DNA from: Candidatus Nanoanaerosalina halalkaliphila
GTDB lineage: Archaea > Nanohalarchaeota > Nanosalinia > Nanosalinales > Nanoanaerosalinaceae
Direction: 5' to 3'
NCBI GenBank assembly: GCA_022729335.1
Contig: JALDAE010000002.1
Coordinates: 1-50,720, forward strand
Length of the DNA: 50,720 nucleotides
Shown piece by piece: positions 19,068-27,422 of this stretch. Both the position numbers and the translations under genes were made by a program. The first letter of the stretch is position 1; every line of letters starts with the position of its first letter. The notes beneath the pieces were generated by a model. That model did no database searches and was not told the DNA's origin. It saw nothing but the letters and a program-made list of their open reading frames with translations.

Positions 19068-20213
19068 TTATTCTACTGCGCTTCTGTAAACATTTGAAGT
19101 ATCTTCAGCTACTTTATCCCACATGTAGTTCTCTTCAACGTGTTCCCTTGCATTGTTACCCATCCAGTTAGCCCAGTCAGGGTTGTTAAGCGCTCTAGTG
19201 ACCTGTTCTTTGATGGAGTTGGGGTCCTGTGGATAGGTGTGAAGCCCTGTGTACTCGTGGATCACCGTGTCTTTCATACCTCCCACGAAAGAAGCCACCG
19301 GAGGTGTCTTGCAAGCCGATGATTCAAGAGGTACAAGACCAAACGGCTCGTACACGGATGGGGCCGTGGTTACAAGAGAATTCTTCAGAAGAGAGACAAG
19401 ATCTTCCTCGGGTATGAACCCTGTGAAATGAACTTTGTCCCCTGCATATGACTTGGCCATCGACCTGTACTCTTCCAGGTTGCCGCTACCTGCAAAAACG
19501 AACTTTGCGTCGGGATGCTCGTCCAGTATCTTCGGCATCGCCTTTATGAGATAGCTGGGTCCTTTCTGAGGGTAAAGCCTTCCTAGAAAAGTAACTATTT
19601 CCTCGTGTGGAAGCGCGTAATCCGACCTATCGAAATCATCATTTCCTTTCTCGAATCTTTCAAGGTTTACTCCGTTGGGTATGTAATGTAGTTTTTCCTC
19701 AGGAACCTCGTAATCATGCTTAACTTCATTGTAAAGATCTCTTCCAACAGTTATTACCTGTGAAGCTTCATATGTACCGTACCACTCCAGCCTCTTTATT
19801 ACTCTCTGGTATTCGCTTGTTATACCGTCTCTTCCGGACTGTGTGGAGTGAACAGTGAACGCCATCGGTTTGCCCGTGGATTTCTTTATACCTGTGGCTC
19901 CGGGTACAGCCATCCAGTCATGTGCATGAACAAAATCAAATCCGTCGTAATGTTTCTCTAGCTCTATAGCTTTCCTCTCGGCCTCGAATCCAAACTGCAT
20001 AGCCCATGAAAGAGTGTTTGGAGCTGCATCGTTAGTTGTGATTCTATGTATTTCGACACCATCCCTTTTCTCATAACCAGGCGTCTCTCCCTGTGTGATG
20101 ACAATCGGCTCGTGACCGTTCTCGGCAAGTGTGGTTGCAAGATCTTCGCAGTGGTTAGCAATTCCTCCTGCTTTTATTGGTGGATACTCCCAGGTTATGA
20201 AAAGCGGTCTCAT
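19068..20213 (-). CDS. GlgA-like glycosyltransferase (GT4/GT5 type, K-x-G-G motif)
   Basis: N-terminal FITWEYPPIKAGGIANHCEDLA (KxGG motif of prokaryotic glycogen/starch synthases) and C-terminal YEPFGLVPLESSACKTPPVASFVGGMKDTV. 381 aa. Confidence 0.75.
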   Translation of the reverse strand: MRPLFITWEYPPIKAGGIANHCEDLATTLAENGHEPIVITQGETPGYEKRDGVEIHRITTNDAAPNTLSWAMQFGFEAERKAIELEKHYDGFDFVHAHDWMAVPGATGIKKSTGKPMAFTVHSTQSGRDGITSEYQRVIKRLEWYGTYEASQVITVGRDLYNEVKHDYEVPEEKLHYIPNGVNLERFEKGNDDFDRSDYALPHEEIVTFLGRLYPQKGPSYLIKAMPKILDEHPDAKFVFAGSGNLEEYRSMAKSYAGDKVHFTGFIPEEDLVSLLKNSLVTTAPSVYEPFGLVPLESSACKTPPVASFVGGMKDTVIHEYTGLHTYPQDPNSIKEQVTRALNNPDWANWMGNNAREHVEENYMWDKVAEDTSNVYRSAVE

Positions 20214-20807
20214 TTATCCTTTCACCTCTCTGTAGACTCTTCTTGTTTCTTCCTGCCATTCCTCGGAGAAAGGACTTATCTTCTCGATTTTCTGGCCAGG
20301 AACATCAAGATCAAACAGAAGGGAGTTCTTGGTACCCTCGTTATTCGCGATTATTTTGTCCGCCTCATAACCTCCTTTCCACTCCATATCCGAAATAACA
20401 GCCGAATGCTGTCCTTCAAATCCTCTTTCGTTTTCAGTGGAATGTATAGTGGCAACAAGCGGTTTTTCAAGGTAGTTAGAAATAGTTACTCCAGAAGGTA
20501 CGCACACCCAGTCATTCACGTGTACGAGGTCGAAGCCTTCTTGCTCGAAAACCTCTCTGGACGCTCTTTTCATCTCATTGTTCATTATCATGGCCCAGTC
20601 GTATATGTTCTCGGCTTCAAAGTTAACATCGATCTTTTTTACCCTTACCTCATCCCTAACATCGAAGTCGGAGCCATCATTAAATCCGACCATAAAAACC
20701 TGGTCGCCCGAATCCACCAGATAGTTGGCGAGGTTCTTACAATACTCCGAAACTGCCTCCCCATCTCTTAAAAGCCTTGAAAGTATTAGTACGTTGATTT
20801 TAATCAC
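20214..20807 (-). CDS. Half-size glycosyltransferase-like protein (N-terminal Rossmann domain only), paralog of the downstream GT
   Basis: 197 aa that aligns by eye with residues about 1-185 of the adjacent 381-aa GT (YDWAMIMNNEMKRASREVFEQEGFDLVHVNDWVCVPSGV...TIHSTENERG versus LSWAMQFGFEAERKAIELEKHYDGFDFVHAHDWMAVPGAT...TVHSTQSGRDG). It lacks the C-terminal E-x7-E domain and the KxGG glycines. GTG start overlaps the pgi stop (GTGATTAA), and its stop abuts the next ATG. Confidence 0.6.
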   Translation of the reverse strand: MIKINVLILSRLLRDGEAVSEYCKNLANYLVDSGDQVFMVGFNDGSDFDVRDEVRVKKIDVNFEAENIYDWAMIMNNEMKRASREVFEQEGFDLVHVNDWVCVPSGVTISNYLEKPLVATIHSTENERGFEGQHSAVISDMEWKGGYEADKIIANNEGTKNSLLFDLDVPGQKIEKISPFSEEWQEETRRVYREVKG

Positions 20808-21966
20808 CTTCGAAGCGTTTCTGAATACCTATTTTTTTGCTTTTTTCTACATCCGGCTGGTTGAAAGGATTCAGTCCTCTAAAACCAGCGCTATAGTATG
20901 CTGTATACTGCAAGAGAGCAAGTAGCTCTCCACATGTTTCGGGACAAACTTTATCGATTTTCAGGTCAAAAGCAGGCATTTCTTCTGATTTCAGTGCCTC
21001 TCTTACACCTGAAAGCTCGGATCGGAGCGAATCAGCGAGGTCAGCTTCCTCGAATTCGGATAGTTGTCTCCCCCTAACGTTTACATCATTTAATTCTTCG
21101 TCTACCTTTAAAAATGTGCTTTCGTGCTCTTCGACATGGAACAGCATCGTGACCAGATCTTCCTTCCCTCCGAAAAGCCTCTGTATGGTGTGGTGTTGAC
21201 ACTCTGGCCCCACATCACCAAAAAAAGTCTGTCCTTTTCCATCCTTGCAGACGGTCTCATGCATCAGCTGCACAAGTAGAGGGTAAAATCCGAAAAGCTG
21301 TGTCGAATAAAAAGGCGTGAACACCTTGTCAAGTCCTCTCTGTTCGGCGGAGTAAAGAACGCTCGCTATCTTCTTGACATCATTTGAACTCTCCTGCTCC
21401 AACTTTCCATACATTTTCTCGGCTCCCTGCCTTATCCCTTCAAAATCAAAACCCATGAAGGCTGCAGGAACCAGGCCTGTTTCGGTTGCTCCGGTATACC
21501 TGCCGGAAATATCAGGATGCTCTATAAAATCAAAACCTTTTCTTTCGACTATCTCCCTGAGAGCGCCATCGTTGTCAGAAGTAACTGCAAATACAGGGAA
21601 TCCTTTCTCAACAAAGTGCATAAGATCCTCTATAACTCCAACGGTTTCTCCCGACTTGCTTATAGGCATTACAAGAGTTTCCTCCGGATCAAGCCTTTTT
21701 GATAATCCAGAGACTTTTTCGGGCTCCATAGTTGTCAGTATATGTGCCTCTTTGTCCTTTTTATCGCCAAGTGCTTCATTGTATGCTCTAAAAGAAGTTA
21801 CCGAACCTCCGTTTCCGATGACCACTAGGTCCTTGAAATCATGTTCCCGGGCTTTTCTTCTTATCTCCTCTATATCCGGGGAATAATCCGCAAAATCCGG
21901 TTTCTCCATGTTTAAGTCTTCTTTTTCGAATCCGCCGGTGTTGATAAATTCTATTTCAATCCCCAT
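20800..21966 (-). CDS. pgi: Glucose-6-phosphate isomerase (SIS-domain type)
   Basis: VVIGNGGSVTSFRAY and MPISKSGETVGVIED SIS motifs. 388 aa. ATG overlaps the upstream gene end by 11 nt. Confidence 0.8.
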   Translation of the reverse strand: MGIEIEFINTGGFEKEDLNMEKPDFADYSPDIEEIRRKAREHDFKDLVVIGNGGSVTSFRAYNEALGDKKDKEAHILTTMEPEKVSGLSKRLDPEETLVMPISKSGETVGVIEDLMHFVEKGFPVFAVTSDNDGALREIVERKGFDFIEHPDISGRYTGATETGLVPAAFMGFDFEGIRQGAEKMYGKLEQESSNDVKKIASVLYSAEQRGLDKVFTPFYSTQLFGFYPLLVQLMHETVCKDGKGQTFFGDVGPECQHHTIQRLFGGKEDLVTMLFHVEEHESTFLKVDEELNDVNVRGRQLSEFEEADLADSLRSELSGVREALKSEEMPAFDLKIDKVCPETCGELLALLQYTAYYSAGFRGLNPFNQPDVEKSKKIGIQKRFEGD

Positions 21967-23803
21967 TTTTTTCCCTCCTCAGAGCCATTTCATGGGCCTC
22001 GTAGTAATTCTCGATCATCTTGGTCCAGGAGGTTAACTGCACCATCTTTCTCGCATTGTGTTTTCTCTCGGTTATCTCGGTTTTCGAATAGTTCACGAAA
22101 TCCTCGATCTTTCCAGCAAGGTTATCGACAAAACTGTCGTAGGACACGTCTTTCCTGCGTATCACCTCTATACCTGGTTTTTCCATGTCCGCGTGTTCAA
22201 GCAGGAACTGTCCGAAACCCGCAAGATCAGTCGTTATAGAGAGACATCCGCTTGCAGCAGTTTCTACAGGAGTGTAACCCCATGGCTCGTAGTAGCTCGG
22301 AAATATTCCTGCGCTTGTGGCTTTTATAGCGTCCTCGTAGGACATGGAAAGCATCTTGTCCCCTCTTGAGAGGTATGTCGGGTAGAACACAACTTTGACC
22401 CTGTCATCCTCCCTGTTCTCAAGGCCGTTTTCTCTTAGCCTTTCAAGCACGTCATCGTTATCGTAGTTAAGCGTGTAGGCGCATAGAGGCGGAATACCTC
22501 CTCTTTTTTCGTGAAAGTTCTGCCTTATAACTTCCAGTTCGTGAGAGTCCGAAAGCCAGTCCTTCACAAACTTCTCCGCGTTCTCTCCAGAGGTAATCTT
22601 GTCCAGTAACTCTGTTTTAAGATCCGGCAAAATAGAGTCGATGTAATCCTCGAGCTCATCGTAAAGGGACATGTTTTCAAGCACGTCAAGCCTCTCTCCC
22701 CTTACATCGGCCGGGACAAATATGAATACAAAGAAGTCATCTCCCTCTTTTTCGTTCAGCTTCCCCAGAGAGTCTATAAATGCGTCCAGACCCTTGTTGT
22801 GGAACTCGTATCTCCCGGATATGAACAGTATTCTGGGGTCGTTGTCGAGATCGATCTTGTAGTATGGTTCGAAATACGCTCTAAGAAACTTTTTCATCCT
22901 TTTCTTCTTTTTCTTGTGCTGGTAGGATAATTCCTCGAGGCTCGGGAACTCCTCGACGTTAAATCCATTGGGCAAAACTTTATCGGGCTCAACTCCAAGA
23001 ACAGCATCAGCTTCCCTGGCAGTTACATCGGAAACTGTTGTGAAAACATCCGCATCCATGGCTCCCGCCTTCTCAACCTGGTGCCTTGATTTTACACCGT
23101 ACTCTTCGGCAATTGATTCTCCAAAGCTTTTCTCCATCTTGCTAAGTCTTGTATACCTGTGTTTAACGTCTTCAGCTATTTCTTCCTGTGACTCGGCATC
23201 CTCCACCATAGAAACAACGTCCCGGCCCGCGTTAGACAGTGCTCTTCCAAGGACTGTTGCATGAGTCGTGAAAACGCTCGGTATGTCTGTCTCGAATATT
23301 GCAGGTGCCGAAAGCCATTCATGAGCATGGAGAACGGTGTTTCCCTCGAACTTTTCGGAAAGTTTCTGGACAAGTTTGCCCACGGCAAAAGCCCATTTCA
23401 CAGGGTCCTCAAACATGGGGCCTGAATTCAAAGAATCAATCTTGTAATCCTCCCAGAGCTCTGCTTTTATCTCATTAACATCTTTTTTAAGATCTGATGC
23501 ATCAACAAGGATACATTCAGGACTGTAAGGTAGTTTCCAAACTCCGTGAGTGCATTTTATTCCGTACTCTTCTTCAAGTTCGTCAAATATTTCCTTAAAA
23601 TCATGCGTGGATCGCTTTGCAAAATCTTTTCTGGCATTTTCCTCGTCGTAATATCCTATGGTGAGGTAGTTATCACCATACATTTTCTTCATCTGGCAGG
23701 CCTTTGATTTTAGAACCTGATATATGCCTCCTACCTTGTTGGCCACTTCATAGGAAACCTCAACGAGGTTATCTGGAGTATTATATTTATCTTTTCCGGA
23801 CAT
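21956..23803 (-). CDS. Glycogen synthase, eukaryote-type (CAZy GT3-like)
   Basis: N-terminus [39 protein letters not shown] and C-terminal [31 protein letters not shown]. From memory these closely resemble animal/fungal glycogen synthase blocks ([22 protein letters not shown]... and [15 protein letters not shown]...). Confidence 0.85.
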   Translation of the reverse strand: [615 protein letters not shown]

Positions 23804-23921
23804 ATATACATTGATACCGGTTTTAAGTTAAAAATTTATCCAAAAAAATGCTGTAAAAGATGTTATGACCTTTATTTAGTAAATACAAAATTTATAATGT
23901 ATCGTCACAATTTGTTTATAT

Positions 23922-25682
23922 ATGGACTATACAATTGAAGAAGATTTCCAGGAGTACTGCGGAACTATCTCCAACATGCACGGCTTCCTTCACAGGTATC
24001 TGGACACAGGTTTTAAAACGAAATGGGCGGGTTACTGGGTGCCTCCAAACAAGTTTATGGACTACTATGCTTTCGAGGTCAACGGAAAATGGTTATCTCC
24101 AGAAACTCTTGTAAAGACAGAATACGGCGACAAAATAATTTATCATCATAATCTAGGAAGTTTAAGAGTGAAGGAGATAGTGGAAACGCCCGAAGAACTG
24201 CCTGGTTTTAGGGTCACCCTTGAATTCGAAAATTTGACTCCGGAACCAAAAGCCGTGTATACAAAGATCGAGCTGGGTGTGGATATCAGACACAAGTCCG
24301 AGGATGTTGAAAACCCTGGCTACAAGACGGAGTTCTCCAAGAAAAAGCTTCTTGTTGAGTCTTACGGCAGGCACCTTCTAATGAGTTCCGAGAAACCCAT
24401 GAAAATGAAGGGAAAAGAAAGAACCAGAGAACACCACCCTGGAGAAAGACAGGTATGTATGGTGCCCGGAGAACAACACTTCAAAGTAGAACTGGGACCT
24501 GAAAAAACAGGGAAGAACGTTCTTGAATTTACGACAAACGATCAAAGGTTCGGAAAGCTGGACGAAAAAGAGAACGATGTAGAACTTGGAAATAATAATG
24601 ATATGCTGGAAAGAGCGTTCCAGTGCTCTGAAGAAAGCCTAAGAAATCTTGTTTATGATAGAGAAGGTAAGGGTGTTATTGCCGGTCACCCCTGGTTCCA
24701 AGAGTACTGGAGCAGAGATGCCTACTGGTCCTTGATGGGTCTGATCGACCTTGGTTATTTCGAGCTTTCCAAAAAAATACTTCACAACTTTGCGGTGCAG
24801 GAAGGATTTCCAAACCAGATAACATTTGATGAGGGCAAAGCCGGTTATCTGGGAGAGGACGTGCCTCCTCTATTCATCATAGCGGCCGAAGAGCTAAAGA
24901 AGTACCACCACGTTACAGATGAAACCGAAGAAAAAGAGATGGAGGCATTGAAACACCTAAAAATTGGGGAAGGCAACGTGGTGACCCATAAACCGGAAGG
25001 AACATGGATGGACACGCTTGAAAGAGACAGAGCGATTGATATACACTCTCTATGGCTGGAAGCAGTTGAAAGGCTTGGAGCCACATCAAAAGAGATACTT
25101 CAAAGAGGAATGGAAAAATTCAGGGAAGGTGATATACTGAAAGATTGTTTGGAAGAAAAAAAAGTCGCTGTAAACAGCGCTATTCCTCTAATGTTCGGCC
25201 ATTTCGAAGACGAAAAACTTGTTGAAAAATTAAACTCCTGTCTAAAAACTGATTACGGTGCTGCCACTCTTTCCACCAAGGACAGCGAATACAGTCCAGA
25301 AGGATACCATACAGGATCAACATGGGGTCTTACAACAGGATGGCTCGCCGCTGCAAACCTGAAGAACGGAAAGTTGGATGAAGGCCTTGAAATACTGTCC
25401 AGATTTGCAGAGACAGTTGAACAAGATCAGCCGGGAGCACTACCAGAAGTTATCAACTCGGAAACAGGAGAAAACATAGGATGTGTGGAACAGGCCTGGA
25501 GCGCATCTATGGTAATCCATGTTATCGACAGATACCTTTTTGGAATAGATGTTAAAGATGGGGAACTTGTTGCAGATCCCGTGGACGGATTCACAGGTAA
25601 AAGAAAATACAAGAGATTCAAGAACAATCTCTACCATGTAAGGGTTCAGGACGGAGATGCAAGGATAGACAAGGTGGTATGA
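23922..25682 (+). CDS. Amylo-alpha-1,6-glucosidase / glycogen debranching enzyme family protein
   Basis: GHPWFQEYWSRDAYWSLMGL and an (alpha/alpha)6-barrel-type C-terminal half (GYHTGSTWGLTTGWLAAA, QAWSASMVIHV), typical of archaeal GDE_C proteins. Confidence 0.8.
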   Translation: MDYTIEEDFQEYCGTISNMHGFLHRYLDTGFKTKWAGYWVPPNKFMDYYAFEVNGKWLSPETLVKTEYGDKIIYHHNLGSLRVKEIVETPEELPGFRVTLEFENLTPEPKAVYTKIELGVDIRHKSEDVENPGYKTEFSKKKLLVESYGRHLLMSSEKPMKMKGKERTREHHPGERQVCMVPGEQHFKVELGPEKTGKNVLEFTTNDQRFGKLDEKENDVELGNNNDMLERAFQCSEESLRNLVYDREGKGVIAGHPWFQEYWSRDAYWSLMGLIDLGYFELSKKILHNFAVQEGFPNQITFDEGKAGYLGEDVPPLFIIAAEELKKYHHVTDETEEKEMEALKHLKIGEGNVVTHKPEGTWMDTLERDRAIDIHSLWLEAVERLGATSKEILQRGMEKFREGDILKDCLEEKKVAVNSAIPLMFGHFEDEKLVEKLNSCLKTDYGAATLSTKDSEYSPEGYHTGSTWGLTTGWLAAANLKNGKLDEGLEILSRFAETVEQDQPGALPEVINSETGENIGCVEQAWSASMVIHVIDRYLFGIDVKDGELVADPVDGFTGKRKYKRFKNNLYHVRVQDGDARIDKVV

Positions 25683-26890
25683 GGTTGGACTGGAAGAAAA
25701 AGTACGTTGAAGTGGCCAGAAATTTTTCTGTGGATAGAGAAAAAACATTTCTTTCGGGTTTCAACGCCAACATAGACAGGGTTTTCAGGGCGGATGAAGT
25801 TCTGACCAGAAATCCGGAGGAAGAGGATCTAGGATCAATTGAATCATATGAAGACTTGTTGAAAGTTCTCAAATACTGCAAAGAAAACGGAAAAAACAAG
25901 GAAATCGATATAGAGAGTTATAAACCCGAAATAGAAGGAGGAGAGACGTATATAGGCGGGCAGGGAGGTATTGTATCCACGTTTTGCTCCCGGATCGGAA
26001 CCGATTCCGTGATTTACACTCCTTTTATCTCGGAAAAGCTATCTGAAGCCATGGACAGTGATATAAAAACAAAGAGCTGTGAAGAAAACAGTTTTACGTA
26101 TATAGAAAATGCATTAAACTCGGAAAAGACGAAAGAAAATATGATTTTTGAGTTTCAGGGAGATAAAACAGGCAGATTGATACTTTCAGACAGCTTAGAA
26201 GGTTTTGAACCTGTATTCATGGAGGATGATGACTTCCTTGACTTTATAGATGAAAAAGTTGACCGGTTTTTCTTCTCGGGCTTTCATCACATAAGCAACG
26301 AAGAAATAGATACAGCAAAAGAACAGCTAAAATATCTTGATACGTCCATACACCTTGAATACGTTTACAATGATGAAGATAAGGCTAGAAAGATTGTAAA
26401 TAATATTTTTCCTTTTGTTGAAAGTATCGGATGTGACGGAGATGAGATGGAACAAATAATGGAAGTTAAAGGCATGGAAAAACCCCAGAACACCAGGGAG
26501 TACATTGAAAAGATGGAAAAGATAGCAAGAGACTCCGGTATCGAAAGGTTTCATGTCCACACCTACAATTTCCACATGTGCATGGTGAGGAAAGGCTACG
26601 GAATAGATGTGGAGAGAGTTCTGGATTCGATGTTGTTCGGAGAATTATGCGCAATAGCTTCTGCAGATAAAGGAGACATACCTTACCTGGAAGATATCAG
26701 AAATTTTTCTATGAACAACAAACACCTGAAGGGAGAAGGAAAGGTTAGAAGGATCTCCGATAACGGCATAATAGAAAAAGAGGATTTCTATGTTCTGATG
26801 ATCCCGATCATAATACATGAGAAGCCGGAAAGGCTAGTAGGTCTTGGCGACCTTATCTCCTCGGGAAGTTTTTTCTCCGAGGTTTTCTAA
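25679..26890 (+). CDS. ADP-dependent sugar kinase (glucokinase/phosphofructokinase family)
   Basis: FNANIDRVF, IGGQGGIVSTF, FFFSGFHHI, SIGCDGDEMEQI and C-terminal RLVGLGDLISSGSF follow the ADP-PFK/GK family pattern. The start overlaps the debranching-enzyme stop (ATGA), with GGTGG just upstream. Confidence 0.8.
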   Translation: MRLDWKKKYVEVARNFSVDREKTFLSGFNANIDRVFRADEVLTRNPEEEDLGSIESYEDLLKVLKYCKENGKNKEIDIESYKPEIEGGETYIGGQGGIVSTFCSRIGTDSVIYTPFISEKLSEAMDSDIKTKSCEENSFTYIENALNSEKTKENMIFEFQGDKTGRLILSDSLEGFEPVFMEDDDFLDFIDEKVDRFFFSGFHHISNEEIDTAKEQLKYLDTSIHLEYVYNDEDKARKIVNNIFPFVESIGCDGDEMEQIMEVKGMEKPQNTREYIEKMEKIARDSGIERFHVHTYNFHMCMVRKGYGIDVERVLDSMLFGELCAIASADKGDIPYLEDIRNFSMNNKHLKGEGKVRRISDNGIIEKEDFYVLMIPIIIHEKPERLVGLGDLISSGSFFSEVF

Positions 26891-27408
26891 GTCCAGTAAT
26901 CCTCCAAAACATCTTTTTTCTCGATATATCCTTCCTGTGTATCTTCTAATGTCTCTTTCATAACCTTCGTGTCCAGAGCTGTTTCCATAAAACCTCTGTC
27001 TTTTTCATAGATAGGTACCAGCTGAACGTGGAGGTGCGGAATTGATTCTCCGGCTGCTTCTCCTAGATTTATGCCTACATTAATTCCTGCAGGATCTCTT
27101 ACTTTTCTCTGAAGTTCTTCCACTTTTTGGACCATTGCAAAAAGCCTGTCACGTTCCTCGTCTTCCAGCTCGGTCAGGGAATTTACGTGTTTCTTGGGAA
27201 CAACCATCAGGTGGCCTGTGTTATAGGGAAAAATGTTCAGAATAACCATCAGAAAATCATCTTCAAATACGGAAAGCTTTGTGACTCTTTCGTCTCCTTT
27301 TGCCTGAGCACAGAACACACAGTCAATATCTTCAGGGATCTCGGCAACCTCATATTTTTTTCTCTCGGGACTCCATAGATAGGTCTCGTACGGATGTGTG
27401 TCTGACAT
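26887..27408 (-). CDS. HIT-superfamily nucleotide hydrolase/transferase with an H-x-H-x-Q motif
   Basis: CVFCAQ, NTGHLMVVPKKH and GESIPHLHVQLVP. The third histidine of the histidine triad is Gln. 173 aa. Confidence 0.8.
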   Translation of the reverse strand: MSDTHPYETYLWSPERKKYEVAEIPEDIDCVFCAQAKGDERVTKLSVFEDDFLMVILNIFPYNTGHLMVVPKKHVNSLTELEDEERDRLFAMVQKVEELQRKVRDPAGINVGINLGEAAGESIPHLHVQLVPIYEKDRGFMETALDTKVMKETLEDTQEGYIEKKDVLEDYWT

Positions 27409-27422
27409 TTAAACCACCTGTT

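Noticed and set aside
20046-20771. 241-aa plus-strand ORF spanning the GT / half-GT junction
   Set aside because: It crosses two well-supported minus-strand genes and has no motif, no SD and atypical composition.
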